A stretch of 62,716 bases of DNA, from contig JBCCMA010000003.1 of the NCBI GenBank assembly GCA_039026595.1, forward strand, positions 1-62,716, written 5' to 3'. Shown here one piece after another: positions 46,940-59,706 of this stretch (the first letter of the stretch is position 1; each line of letters starts with the position of its first letter). The position numbers and the translations under genes were made by a program. The notes beneath the pieces were generated by a model. It saw only the letters and a list, made by a program, of their open reading frames with translations. It ran no database searches and was not told the origin of the DNA. Source of the DNA: Pseudomonadota bacterium (GTDB taxonomy: Bacteria > Pseudomonadota > Gammaproteobacteria > Steroidobacterales > JBCCMA01).

Positions 46940-49050
46940 GCGCCCGTGACCTGTTGTTCGAGCTCGGCACCGAAGAACTGCCACCGAAATCATTGAAAAC
47001 GCTCAGTGACGCCCTGACGTCGGGCATCGAGAAGGGGCTGGGTGAGGCCTCGCTGACATTTGATTCGATCAGACCCTACGCCACGCCGCGACGATTGGCA
47101 GTGCACGTTGAAGGTCTGGCCGAACGTCAGCCTGAGCAGGTCATCGCTCGGCGTGGGCCACCGGTCAGGATTGCGTTTGACGAGAACGGGCAACCAACAA
47201 AAGCGGCGCAGAAATTCATCGACGGGTGTGGCGTGACGCTGGACGACATCGGTCGCCAGAAAACGGACAAAGGCGAGTGGCTCTTTTATGAGGGCCGCCA
47301 GGCCGGTGAACCGGCAAGCGCACTTTTGCCCGGCATCATTGACGACGCCTTGCGCGCGTTGCCCATCGCCAAACGCATGCGCTGGGGTACGCGCGACGTT
47401 GAGTTCGTGCGCCCGGTGCAGTGGTCGGTGTTATTGCTCGGCGACGATGTGATTGAAGCCGACTTCATCGGCGCGCGCAGCGGCCGCACCACCTTTGGCC
47501 ATCGCTTCCACGCGCCCGCCGCCGTGGATCTGGCCCGGCCCGCAGACTACGCCGGTACGCTTGAGAAACACGGTCGCGTTATCGCAGATTTCGCGGCGCG
47601 ACGCGCGCGGATTACCGACATGGTGAACACCACCGCGCGCGCGCTGGACGGCACTGCGATTGTCGACGACGCCCTGATGGACGAGGTCACGGCTCTGGTC
47701 GAGTGGCCCGTGCCGGTGGCGGGACGTTTTGACGAGGCGTTTCTGGCGCTGCCCGAAGAGGTACTGATTTCCACCCTGAAGGATCACCAGCGCTACTTCG
47801 CTTTGCGCGGAGAAGACGGGGCCCTGCTGCCTTGGTTCATCACCATCGCAAACATCGACAGCGACCGCCCTGAGGCGGTCCGTGACGGCAATGAACGCGT
47901 GGTGCACCCGCGCCTGAGCGATGCACGCTTTTTTTACTCGCAGGACCAGCGTACAGCGCTCGCCGACCGCGTAGCGTCGCTGGACAGCGTTTTGTTCCAG
48001 AAGCAACTCGGATCGCTGGGGGACAAGGTTCGCCGAGTCCGTGAGCTTGCCACACAGGTGGCGCCGCAGATCGGCGCGGACCGCGACGTCACCGCGCGCG
48101 CCGCCGATCTGTGCAAAAGCGACCTGGTCACTGAGATGGTCGGCGAGTTTCCCGAGTTGCAGGGCACGATGGGACGCTACTACGCCACGCACGACGGGGA
48201 AGCGGATGAAGTGGCCCGCGCCATAGAGGAACACTACCGTCCCCGGTTTGCCGGCGATGACCTGCCTGAAACCGGCGCCGGACGCGCCGTCAGTCTGGCC
48301 GACCGCATCGATACGCTGGTCGGCATTTTCGCCATCGGCAAACCTCCCAGCGGGACTCGCGACCCATTCGGCCTGCGCCGCGCCGCGCTTGGCGTGTTGC
48401 GGTTACTCACCGAAACGGGCGCCGATGTGGATCTGGCCAGTGTTGTCCGACAGGCGGCGCAGCAGCTGCCTGACCTGTCGGCGAAGGACAACGCCGCCAG
48501 CAGGAAGCCGCGCAAGGCTCTGCCGAGCGGCGAGGCGCTAGTCAGTCAGGTCATGGACTACCTCACCGAGCGCCTGCGCGGCATGGCGCTGGAGCAGGGC
48601 GCGACGACCGGCCAGTTTGATGCGGTGGTGTCGCTCGGCGCGTCACGACCCGTGGACGTCATGGCGCGCGTCGCGGCCGTGCGAACGTTTGCTGCAACAC
48701 CGGCTGCGGAAGCATTGATCGCAGCAAACAAGCGCATCGCCAATATCCTGCGCAAAGTGGACGAAGAGCTGACCACGGTCGACACGACGCGTTTTGACAG
48801 CGCGCCCGAAACGGCACTGTACGATGCGCTCACCGGTGTGACGCGCGAGGTGTCGGCAGCGGTCTCCCATGCCGATTACGTCACCGCGCTCGATCACCTC
48901 GCGACGCTTCGCGGGCCGGTTGACGCTTTCTTTGACGACGTGCTGGTGATGGCCGACGACCCCGACGTTCGCCTGAACCGGTTGGCACTTCTGTCGGAGG
49001 TTCGGGCGCTCTTTCTGAACGTCGCCGACATTTCGCTCGCCGCGCAATAA
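46936..49050 (+). CDS. glyS: Glycine-tRNA ligase beta subunit
   Basis: [43 protein letters not shown]. Confidence 0.98.
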   Translation: MSARDLLFELGTEELPPKSLKTLSDALTSGIEKGLGEASLTFDSIRPYATPRRLAVHVEGLAERQPEQVIARRGPPVRIAFDENGQPTKAAQKFIDGCGVTLDDIGRQKTDKGEWLFYEGRQAGEPASALLPGIIDDALRALPIAKRMRWGTRDVEFVRPVQWSVLLLGDDVIEADFIGARSGRTTFGHRFHAPAAVDLARPADYAGTLEKHGRVIADFAARRARITDMVNTTARALDGTAIVDDALMDEVTALVEWPVPVAGRFDEAFLALPEEVLISTLKDHQRYFALRGEDGALLPWFITIANIDSDRPEAVRDGNERVVHPRLSDARFFYSQDQRTALADRVASLDSVLFQKQLGSLGDKVRRVRELATQVAPQIGADRDVTARAADLCKSDLVTEMVGEFPELQGTMGRYYATHDGEADEVARAIEEHYRPRFAGDDLPETGAGRAVSLADRIDTLVGIFAIGKPPSGTRDPFGLRRAALGVLRLLTETGADVDLASVVRQAAQQLPDLSAKDNAASRKPRKALPSGEALVSQVMDYLTERLRGMALEQGATTGQFDAVVSLGASRPVDVMARVAAVRTFAATPAAEALIAANKRIANILRKVDEELTTVDTTRFDSAPETALYDALTGVTREVSAAVSHADYVTALDHLATLRGPVDAFFDDVLVMADDPDVRLNRLALLSEVRALFLNVADISLAAQ

Positions 49051-49057
49051 CCAGGCC

Positions 49058-49543
49058 ATGCCGGCACACGCGCAGACAGACACCGTACGCGTTCTGCCGT
49101 TGATCGCCGCGGTGCTGGCAGGCATGGCGTATTTCCATCTGCATGAGCAGAGCGCGGCGTGGTACACGGCAACCCGCCTCCCCGACGCGCTCTACACTTT
49201 CTGGTTCGCTTCGCCGTTACTCGGAGGCTGGCTGATCGGTGGCGTGGGCGCGCTGATCAGCCATTGGGCGGTTGCTCTGGTTGTCGGGCTCTTGTTGGCG
49301 ATGATCGTACGTCGGGACTTCTGGCTCTACGGGGCTATCGCAGTGGGCGCGTCGTTGACCACAGCGTGGCTGGTCCGGCTGGACGGGTGGTTCTCTGTAC
49401 TGCAGTTCGGCCCGGGGTTCTGGCTATCCATGCGCGCCAAGTGGCTGACGGTCGATCCGATCGGCGTGTTGAGCGCGCTCCTGGCGATGCCGCTATGCAC
49501 CGCCTGGTGGGGCCGCGTTGTTTGTCGTCGGGCCGTTGCGTGA
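49058..49543 (+). CDS. Hypothetical membrane protein inserted between glyS and gmhB
   Basis: Four hydrophobic segments, Trp-rich; fits the gap and overlaps gmhB by GTGA. Confidence 0.6.
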   Translation: MPAHAQTDTVRVLPLIAAVLAGMAYFHLHEQSAAWYTATRLPDALYTFWFASPLLGGWLIGGVGALISHWAVALVVGLLLAMIVRRDFWLYGAIAVGASLTTAWLVRLDGWFSVLQFGPGFWLSMRAKWLTVDPIGVLSALLAMPLCTAWWGRVVCRRAVA

Positions 49544-50094
49544 GCACGCGCCGGCGCCCGTTGGTCGTGCTCGACCGGGACGGCGTGTTGAACGAGGATT
49601 CCCCGGAGTTCGTGAAGTCCGCTGCCGAGTGGCGCCCCTTGCCGGGCGCGCTTGAGGCCGTCGCGCGGCTGACGCAGGCGGGGTGGCGCGTGGTGGTGGC
49701 GACCAATCAGTCGGGGCTGGCCAGGGGCAAGTTTACCTATCAGGCACTGCACGCCATGCACCAGAAATGCGAGCACCTACTGGCTGCGTTGGGCGGCCGT
49801 ATCGACGGTTGGTTCTTCTGCCCGCATGGACCGGGTGACGGCTGCGCTTGTCGCAAGCCGAACACAGGACTGTATGACCAGATTGACCGCGTCTTCCCGG
49901 GGGGCTTTGACGGCGTGCCGTCGGTAGGGGATTCTCTACGCGACATGGCAGCGGCGCAGACCGTCGGCGCGACCCCCGTTCTGGTTCGCACCGGCAATGG
50001 CCGACGCACGGAAGCCGAACTGCCCGCGAACACGACTGTGCAGGTCGCCGATGACCTGGCCGCCGTCGTGTCGCATCTCCTCAACAACCGCTGA
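49540..50094 (+). CDS. gmhB: D-glycero-beta-D-manno-heptose 1,7-bisphosphate phosphatase
   Basis: LDRDGVLN, ATNQSG, CPHGP..CACRKP, VGDSLRD. Confidence 0.95.
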   Translation: MSTRRRPLVVLDRDGVLNEDSPEFVKSAAEWRPLPGALEAVARLTQAGWRVVVATNQSGLARGKFTYQALHAMHQKCEHLLAALGGRIDGWFFCPHGPGDGCACRKPNTGLYDQIDRVFPGGFDGVPSVGDSLRDMAAAQTVGATPVLVRTGNGRRTEAELPANTTVQVADDLAAVVSHLLNNR

Positions 50095-50115
50095 TCGCTC
50101 GCCACTTAAGACACC

Positions 50116-50853
50116 GTGCAAATACTCGGCTCCCTGATTTTCAATCTGTACTTTGTATTATCGACGGCCCTCTGGTCGCTTGTGGTGGCGTTCGCGGGTT
50201 TCTTTCTGAGCTACGAACGTCGCTTTGAGCTGGTCCGCAGCTGGGCGCGTTCGGTGACGCACTGTCTGGAGATGTGTTGCGGGCTGAGCTACGACGTTGA
50301 GGGTGCCGAGCATTTTGACGGCCCCGCGGCCGTGATTCTGCAAAAACACTCGTCAGCATGGGAGACGGTCGCGGGAATCGTGTATTGCCCGGCGCACACA
50401 TGGGTGCTCAAGCGCGAGTTGATGTGGGTTCCGATCCTGAACCTGGCGCTGATTGCCATGCGTGTGATTCCAATCAATCGCAAAGGACGACGCAGCGCCG
50501 TCGCGCAGGTGATCGAGCACGGCACCAATCGGCTTGGAGACGGCATCAATGTGATGATCTATCCCGAAGGCACCCGCGTCGCGCCCGGGCAGAACGGGCG
50601 GTTTGGTCGCAGCGGCGCCAAACTGGCGGTGAGCGCCGGCGTCCCGGTGATTCCGGTCGCGCACAACGCAGGCGAATTCTGGGGACGCAATCAGCACATC
50701 AAGTCACGGGGTACGATCCGGGTGGTGATCGGTCCACCCATTCCCACTTTGGGACGGGACCCGGACGACGTCACACGTGAAGCGGCCGAGTGGCTGGACG
50801 TCACCATGGCGCGCATCAGCGACGCACACGCCTCGATCGCCGTCACCCCGTGA
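50116..50853 (+). CDS. plsC: 1-acyl-sn-glycerol-3-phosphate acyltransferase family
   Basis: KHSSAWET, WVLKREL, IYPEGTR, PVIPVAHNAG. Confidence 0.88.
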   Translation: MQILGSLIFNLYFVLSTALWSLVVAFAGFFLSYERRFELVRSWARSVTHCLEMCCGLSYDVEGAEHFDGPAAVILQKHSSAWETVAGIVYCPAHTWVLKRELMWVPILNLALIAMRVIPINRKGRRSAVAQVIEHGTNRLGDGINVMIYPEGTRVAPGQNGRFGRSGAKLAVSAGVPVIPVAHNAGEFWGRNQHIKSRGTIRVVIGPPIPTLGRDPDDVTREAAEWLDVTMARISDAHASIAVTP

Positions 50854-51938
50854 CCGCCGAGCCCCGCGTGCTGTGCGTGACCTCGCACGCCGATACCTTG
50901 AATTCGATCCGCCCGGAAGCCGAGGTGTTTATCGGCTGCCGACAGGCCGGGCTCCATGTTGAGGCACTGATCGAATCCGATTCCTGCTACGCCGACGCGT
51001 TCCGGCGCGCGGGCATCACCGTCCACCCCAACTTCATCGAGCGCAAGTTTGATCGCACGGCAGTGGCGCGACTGCGATCGCTGTTGCAGTCCCGCGCCAT
51101 CAATGTGCTGCACCTGTTCAACAACAAGGCGATCGTGACGGGACTGCGCGCCGCGCGCGGACTGCCGGTGAAGGTGGTCACCTATCGCGGTCAGACTGGC
51201 AACGTCAGCAGGCTGAATCCGACCAGCTATCTGACCCACCTCAGCCGACGCGTGGACAAGATCACCTGCGTGTCGGACGCGGTACGGCGTGACCTCGCGC
51301 GTCACTTGAGCACACCGGACAAGGCCGTGACCATATACAAAGGACACGATCCGCGGTGGTACACCGAAGCGCCCGCTGATTTGAGCGAATTCGGTTTTTC
51401 GGCCGATGACTTTGTCGTTGCATCAGTGGCCAATCTGCGCCCGCGCAAGGGCGTGAATTTTCTGATCGACGCCGCCGCGCACCTTCCCGGCGATGCGCCC
51501 ATCCGGATTCTGCTGGTGGGGCGGGGTACCGACAGCCCGCAAGTGCGCGACGCGGTGGCCGCCCATCCCGGGCGCTTTGCGCTGGCCGGATTCCGGCGGG
51601 ATGCGGTCGCGCTTCTGGCAGCCTGCAACGCCAGCATTCTCGCGGCGACCAAACGCGAAGGACTGCCCAAGACCGTCATCGAGTCGATGGCCTACGGCGT
51701 AACGCCGATTGCCACGCGGACGGGCGGTAGCCCGGAATTGATTGAGGACGGCGTCAGCGGGCTTTTGATTGAACCGGCCAGCGCACGGGCGATTGGCGAG
51801 GCGATAACCCGCCTGTGGCAACACCCGGAGCAAAACCGTGCGATGGGTCAGCGCGCACGCGCCCGTTTGGCCACACACTTTCACCATAATGATACGGTCA
51901 CGCAGCACGTCGCGCTTTATCGCGCCCTTTCCAGTTAA
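50850..51938 (+). CDS. Glycosyltransferase family 4
   Basis: VANLRPRKG, REGLPKTVIESMAYG, GGSPELIEDGVSG. Confidence 0.9.
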   Translation: MTAEPRVLCVTSHADTLNSIRPEAEVFIGCRQAGLHVEALIESDSCYADAFRRAGITVHPNFIERKFDRTAVARLRSLLQSRAINVLHLFNNKAIVTGLRAARGLPVKVVTYRGQTGNVSRLNPTSYLTHLSRRVDKITCVSDAVRRDLARHLSTPDKAVTIYKGHDPRWYTEAPADLSEFGFSADDFVVASVANLRPRKGVNFLIDAAAHLPGDAPIRILLVGRGTDSPQVRDAVAAHPGRFALAGFRRDAVALLAACNASILAATKREGLPKTVIESMAYGVTPIATRTGGSPELIEDGVSGLLIEPASARAIGEAITRLWQHPEQNRAMGQRARARLATHFHHNDTVTQHVALYRALSS

Positions 51939-51957
51939 CCCGCCAGGGAGGCCCGGT

Positions 51958-53622
51958 GTGAGCACGCCTGACCGCCGCTCTTCAGTCTTGCACCGAATTG
52001 GATTGGTGGCGGCCGTGTTGCTGAGCTCAATGCCGGTGGCGGCGGACGTCGCAACGGAGTTTGTGGTGACACGGCCGGCCAGTGTTCCGGACGATCAAAC
52101 CCTGGTGGCGGAGGGCGCCGTCGTCGGCCGCATCCAGACCGACCGCCGCGGCATTTTCGATCATCGCGACAACCTGAACTGGCTTCTTTCAACCGCAAAC
52201 CGTCTGCACCGGACAACGCGCGAGAGTGTCGTCCGGAGTCAGCTCGTTTTTGCCACCGGGGAGCCCTACGATCCGCGCAAACTCCAGGAGAGCGAGCGGA
52301 TATTGCGCAGCAACCAGTTCCTGTTCGATGCCGCCATTGTGCCGGTGTCTTACCGCGATGGCGTGGTGGATATTGAAGTGGTGACCCGCGATCTGTGGTC
52401 CATCGAACCCACATTAAGCCTGAAGCGTTCAGGGGGCGAGAACCAGACGACGCTCGGCATCGAGGACGAGAATTTTCTTGGGACCGGGGCCCTTCTGGGC
52501 GGGCTTTACGAACGCGACCTCGATCGGCGAACACGCCTGGTGTACTTCGCAGACCGGCAGCTTGGCACGCGCTGGTTGTCGCTCGCCGCCAGCGCTGCGG
52601 ACAGCAACGACGGGCATCGCTACGCGTTTTCGTTGGGTCGTCCGTTTTTTGCGCTGGAGACGCGTTACGCCTGGAACGTACAGGCGGTCGACTTCAAACG
52701 TGTGGACTCGCTGTATCGCCTCGGCGACGAACTTGTGGACTATGAACACGATGAGCGTTTTCTCGACGTGTGGGGTGGGTGGTCGCGCGGTTTGCAGAAC
52801 GGGTGGGTGCGCCGATGGCGCGTCGGGATCGTGGCCAATGACAATCGCTTTGCACCCCCGCCCAACGGGATACGCGCCGGGGTCGTCCCCGCCGACCGTG
52901 AACTGATTTATCCGTACGTGTCCGTCACCTGGCTTGAAGATCGCTTCATCAAGACCGCCAATGTGCAGCAAATTGCGCGTACCGAAGACTTTTTTCTTGG
53001 CGCACAGCTGGGACTGACGCTCGGCTACGCAGGGACCTCACTGGGCTCGGATCGCAGCGCGTGGATCATTGGCGCCTCTGCCCAGCGTGGATTTGGTCGC
53101 GCGGATCACAAGCTACTTCTGCTTGATGCACAGACCCGTGGCCGCATTGAAAGCGGGCGCACGGCTAACGGAACGCTCTCGTTCCGCGCCCGTTATTTCC
53201 ACCGGCAGTCAGCGAAATGGCTGCAGAGCATCACGCTATCCGGGGTTCGCGGTCAGCGTCTGGATCTGGATCGACCGCTGCAGCTTGGCGGCGACATCGG
53301 GCTGCGTGGCTATCCTGTCCGCTATCAAAGCGGCGAGAGTCGCGTTCTGTTCTCGTTCGAGCAGCGGTATTTCACCGACTGGTACCCGTGGCGCGTGCTG
53401 CGCGTCGGTGCGGCGGCGTTTGTCGACGCGGGCCGAACGTTTGGCGATAACCCCATCGGTGGTCAGAGCCTGGGCTGGCTACGCAGTGTGGGCGTCGGTC
53501 TGCGACTGGCGCCCACCCGTGGCGGACGCAAGGTGTTCCATCTGGATGTCGCGTTCCCGCTCGATGGCGACCCGTCAATCGACTCGGTGCAAATCAGCTT
53601 CCAGGGCAAGCGTGGGTTCTGA
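51958..53622 (+). CDS. Omp85 (BamA/TamA-like) outer-membrane protein with a single POTRA domain
   Basis: TTRESVVRSQL..GEPYD..ESERILR, ENFLGTG, LGGDIGLRGYP, AAFVDAG, C-terminal Phe. Confidence 0.82.
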   Translation: MSTPDRRSSVLHRIGLVAAVLLSSMPVAADVATEFVVTRPASVPDDQTLVAEGAVVGRIQTDRRGIFDHRDNLNWLLSTANRLHRTTRESVVRSQLVFATGEPYDPRKLQESERILRSNQFLFDAAIVPVSYRDGVVDIEVVTRDLWSIEPTLSLKRSGGENQTTLGIEDENFLGTGALLGGLYERDLDRRTRLVYFADRQLGTRWLSLAASAADSNDGHRYAFSLGRPFFALETRYAWNVQAVDFKRVDSLYRLGDELVDYEHDERFLDVWGGWSRGLQNGWVRRWRVGIVANDNRFAPPPNGIRAGVVPADRELIYPYVSVTWLEDRFIKTANVQQIARTEDFFLGAQLGLTLGYAGTSLGSDRSAWIIGASAQRGFGRADHKLLLLDAQTRGRIESGRTANGTLSFRARYFHRQSAKWLQSITLSGVRGQRLDLDRPLQLGGDIGLRGYPVRYQSGESRVLFSFEQRYFTDWYPWRVLRVGAAAFVDAGRTFGDNPIGGQSLGWLRSVGVGLRLAPTRGGRKVFHLDVAFPLDGDPSIDSVQISFQGKRGF

Positions 53623-53648
53623 CCAGCGGTCGTTTGGGGCATCGCCTA

Positions 53649-54251
53649 TTACTCACCGCCGCCAAACAAATAGCGATACCGCAACTTGATGGCGCTCACA
53701 TCCCCCGCGTCTGTGTCCGTGAAACTCCATGACAGCCCGAGGCGCCCATTCTGCGAGATGTGCCAGTCGCCGCCGAGTTCGAGATAGAGCGACGTGCCGT
53801 CCTGTGACAACGAGTCTTCCGGCCCGGGATTGAGAAGGGGCGATTCTGTGAGTTCAAGATCGTAGATATTGAGTCCGAGCTTGCCAACAAAGCTCAACCG
53901 GCCGGACGGTTTGGACGCGTAACCCAGATTGATCCGAGTGGCGTTGTACTTGAGTTGACCTGTGAGTAGCGGCGCGAACAAAATCCCGGTTGACTCATAA
54001 TCATCGAAGGCAAGGTCAATAGTGAGACCGTTGTCGAACTGGTACCCGACAAGAAACTCGGACGCAAACACGGTGTCGGTGGATTGATCATCGACCACAT
54101 TCGGGCTTGAGATAAAGGCGTTTGGTGCGGCGTCGACATCGCCCGCACCGAGCCCGAAACCCAGATAGAACTGCCCGTCCGCATGGGCGACATTGGCACC
54201 AAGGCCGGTCAAAAGCAGGGCGCTGAAAAAACGGTTTCTTTTGATGAGCAT
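53649..54251 (-). CDS. Outer-membrane 8-stranded beta-barrel (OmpA-TM/porin-like)
   Basis: Signal peptide ending AHA; FYLGFGLG, LVGYQF, KLRYRYLF. Confidence 0.75.
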   Translation of the reverse strand: MLIKRNRFFSALLLTGLGANVAHADGQFYLGFGLGAGDVDAAPNAFISSPNVVDDQSTDTVFASEFLVGYQFDNGLTIDLAFDDYESTGILFAPLLTGQLKYNATRINLGYASKPSGRLSFVGKLGLNIYDLELTESPLLNPGPEDSLSQDGTSLYLELGGDWHISQNGRLGLSWSFTDTDAGDVSAIKLRYRYLFGGGE

Positions 54252-54319
54252 GGTGTCTTATCCCTTTGGTCGATCGTTTCGCGCCAGTTGTTTTGAAGCA
54301 TACGGCGTCAGCGTTGAAT

Positions 54320-55093
54320 TCAGTCTGGTATGCGAGGTCGTTCGCGCTTCACTTGGCGGTCAGCGTGAATCTTCATGTATTTATAAAAAGTCCCGTTGGC
54401 TTCCGACCACGCGATGGCCAACCCACGCCAGCCATCCAGAAGTCCAAGCTTTAACACATAGGTTCTGAAAAATGTGAAGAGCGCCTTCAGAAAGATCACG
54501 GACGATGGATAGGTATGACCGAGTGTGTCACGCCGGAGTTCTGTGTAGCGATCCACCTTTTGAAGGCACTGGCTCAGCTCGCGCACGGTGGCATGGAGAA
54601 TGACGCCTTGCAGAGGTTTAATTTTGCTGAGGTTTGTCGTCTTCACTTTTTCGTGCACAGCGGCGTCGTTAAACCGGTGAACAGTGCGATTGAACAGTCT
54701 GATCAACCGATCGTTACCCCACCCACCCCTGTGGATGGTCTGACCCATAAACTGGTTCTCACGAACAATTTCTCCGACAGAATGGATATCGCCCGGTGAC
54801 CAGCGCGCCAGGGCATCAACAAGTATCGGGTTCATTTTCTCGTCAGCGTCCAGTGAGAACACCCAGTCATTTTGTGCCAAGTCAACGGCGGCGTTCTTGG
54901 TGGGACCGAAACCGGTGAACGCACCTTCATGGTAGGCCACATTGTGATGTTGCCTGGCAATTGTCGGCGTGAGGTCGTCGGAATTGTTGTCATAGACGAC
55001 AACGTTTGAGAAGCGGTCTACACTCGCGAGCGCTGCATCCAGTGTGTCGGCCGCATTGCGCGTGATAATGACAATACTGATGTGGTCGATCAT
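54320..55093 (-). CDS. Glycosyltransferase family 2 (WaaE/KdtX-like)
   Basis: ISIVIITRN, WVFSLDADE, VHEKV, KLGLLDGWRG. Confidence 0.9.
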   Translation of the reverse strand: MIDHISIVIITRNAADTLDAALASVDRFSNVVVYDNNSDDLTPTIARQHHNVAYHEGAFTGFGPTKNAAVDLAQNDWVFSLDADEKMNPILVDALARWSPGDIHSVGEIVRENQFMGQTIHRGGWGNDRLIRLFNRTVHRFNDAAVHEKVKTTNLSKIKPLQGVILHATVRELSQCLQKVDRYTELRRDTLGHTYPSSVIFLKALFTFFRTYVLKLGLLDGWRGLAIAWSEANGTFYKYMKIHADRQVKRERPRIPD

Positions 55094-55120
55094 GGGCAGG
55101 CCGGGTTAGGTGCGCACAGT

Positions 55121-55750
55121 ATGACGTACGTCAGAGTGGATCGCGATACGCTTCGAGCCGGGTGCGAGGTGTTAGCCCAACGCGACGAGGTTCTGCGCGC
55201 ATTGCTCGAACGTAATGGTGTGCCGCCATTGTGGGATCGCCCCACAGGCTTTCCAACACTCGTTCAGTTGATTCTTGAGCAGCAAGTGTCGCTTGATAGC
55301 GCGGCTGCGGTCTATGCGCGGTTGAAAACAGAACTGAGCCGGGTCACACCAAAAAGGGTCTTGCTGCTGTCTGACGAGGCGTTTCGCAGTTGCGGTGTCA
55401 GCCGCCAGAAAAGCCGTTACATCCGTTTGCTGGCCGAGCAAATCGACAAAAAGGTATTTCGGTTATCCGATCTCCATCGCGCAGAGGCCAGTCGCGCCCG
55501 AGCCATGCTGATTTCGCTGACCGGCATCGGACCGTGGACAGCCGATGTGTATTTGTTAATGGCGATGCGGCATCCCGATGTCTGGCCGCCGGGTGATGTG
55601 GCGTTGATTCGGCAGTTTGAGAAATGCATGCCGGTGCGATCCATCGAGAGTCGACGGAGCGTACAGCGTATTCAAAGCTGGTCGCCGTGGCGCGCCGTTG
55701 CGGCGCGCCTGATCTGGCACGACTATCTGATTGAACGCGGGCGCGTTTAG
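55121..55750 (+). CDS. DNA-3-methyladenine glycosylase II (HhH-GPD)
   Basis: ILEQQVS, GVSRQK, LTGIGPWTADVYL, DVWPPGD, WSPWR. Confidence 0.9.
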   Translation: MTYVRVDRDTLRAGCEVLAQRDEVLRALLERNGVPPLWDRPTGFPTLVQLILEQQVSLDSAAAVYARLKTELSRVTPKRVLLLSDEAFRSCGVSRQKSRYIRLLAEQIDKKVFRLSDLHRAEASRARAMLISLTGIGPWTADVYLLMAMRHPDVWPPGDVALIRQFEKCMPVRSIESRRSVQRIQSWSPWRAVAARLIWHDYLIERGRV

Positions 55751-57009
55751 CCCGCGCGTCTCAGATCGCCGGCGGGGCGAAGATCGCCGTACTGCCGTTG
55801 ATGGTTTCTAGTTCCAAGATAGAAAAGATCGCCCTTCAGATTCCAGTGGTCGGGATCAAGGTGGGCGGCCTCATTTTCGTCCGCATGCTCTTCTTCACGC
55901 ATGAGCATTTCATACTCTTCGACCGTGAGGCGACGGCGTTCGGCAAGTTGCGCGGCGGGATCAACCTGTTTGCGATAGGCTGAGGCACCGGCCGCAACCT
56001 GTCCTGCAGAGTACGATGCGCCGCATCCACTCCCGTAGGCGAAGAAGCTGGTGTTCGTACCTTCCTGATGAGGCTTTACGCGACGTAGGAAATCGATCAA
56101 AGCCAGAAAGATGGAGCCGGTGTAGATGTTGCCGACGTTGGCGTTCAGGGAGAGCCAGGGCGCAACGCGCTGTTCGTACGAAGCACGGAACGCCTTTTCG
56201 TGCATGACATCATGCTGAAGTTCGACATGACGACGGTGCGCTTTGCTCGCCATCTTTACAAACGGCACGTGGTAGAAACACGCTTCCATGGCATCGGTGT
56301 TCAATTGATGCGGATCGTCGATCTGGCTTTTGGCATCCGCCAACGCGCCTTCAAGCGCATCGAGATAACACTGGATTGAGTAGTGGCCGTCGGCAAAGGC
56401 GTACTTCGAATAAAGCGGGCGCCAAAAGTCCATGACCTGCCGGGTGTAGTCACCAATGCAGTTCAGATGAAGGTTCATCAGACGAGGGTGTTGTCCCACT
56501 ACCAATGCGACCGCGCCGGCACCTTGAGTGGGCTCTCCGGCGGTTTTCAGCCCGTATCGCGCGATGTCCGATGCGATGATGAGGGCTTTTCGGCCGCGTG
56601 CGCGTCCGGAAGCAATCCAATCGGCGGAGCTACCCACTCCAGCCATACCACCGAAGCACGCGTGCTTGGTTTCGAAGGTGCGGCAATTGGTGGGAAGCCC
56701 CAGTATCTCGTGGACGTAGACCGCCACCGGTTTTGCGTGGTCCACGCCGGTTTCGGTGCCAACAATCAGCGTTCCGATTTCTTCTGGATCGATATTGAAA
56801 TTCGTCAGTGCATCTTTCGCGGCTTTCGCGGCCAAGGTGACGGTGTCTTCACACGGAGTGGCGACGGCCATCTGCTTCTGTCCGAGTCCGAGTGTGAATT
56901 TATCCGGGTCGATGTCGCGCGCTTCGGCAAGGTCGCGCATGTCCAGATAGCACTGTGGGCCGGCGAATGCGATGGCATCGATGCCGACGGGATTCTCGGA
57001 CGGGGTCAT
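55747..57009 (-). CDS. mvaS: Hydroxymethylglutaryl-CoA synthase
   Basis: VGIDAI, EDTVTLA, GTETGVD (Glu), KHACFGG (Cys), DIARY, GEPTQGAGAVA, DFWRP, HVPF (His), GNIYTGS, YGSG; AAAGGA RBS before ATG 57009. Confidence 0.92.
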   Translation of the reverse strand: MTPSENPVGIDAIAFAGPQCYLDMRDLAEARDIDPDKFTLGLGQKQMAVATPCEDTVTLAAKAAKDALTNFNIDPEEIGTLIVGTETGVDHAKPVAVYVHEILGLPTNCRTFETKHACFGGMAGVGSSADWIASGRARGRKALIIASDIARYGLKTAGEPTQGAGAVALVVGQHPRLMNLHLNCIGDYTRQVMDFWRPLYSKYAFADGHYSIQCYLDALEGALADAKSQIDDPHQLNTDAMEACFYHVPFVKMASKAHRRHVELQHDVMHEKAFRASYEQRVAPWLSLNANVGNIYTGSIFLALIDFLRRVKPHQEGTNTSFFAYGSGCGASYSAGQVAAGASAYRKQVDPAAQLAERRRLTVEEYEMLMREEEHADENEAAHLDPDHWNLKGDLFYLGTRNHQRQYGDLRPAGDLRRAG

Positions 57010-57130
57010 AGCGGATCCTTTGGAGCTCGGTGTCAACAAAACATGACTGTGAATGTGTCAAGCAACACTGTCACACTGCGCTGTCAGTGTAGCAAGCCGC
57101 AGCGCTCAGCCCAACATTTCGGCAGTAAGT

Positions 57131-57162
57131 TCGAAAGTTTCAGTGCTGGCAGAAACTTTCGA
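57131..57162. repeat. Perfect 11-bp inverted repeat TCGAAAGTTTC-N10-GAAACTTTCGA
   Basis: Read directly in the gyrB-mvaS spacer. Confidence 0.75.
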
Positions 57163-57255
57163 CGATTGCCCACCGATCAACCGAGCCGATTAGAGAGCAT
57201 GAACGCACGATATGGCGCCGATGTGGCGGAAATCGGCCCGGGTCGGGCAGATCGC

Positions 57256-59706
<2,451 letters not shown>

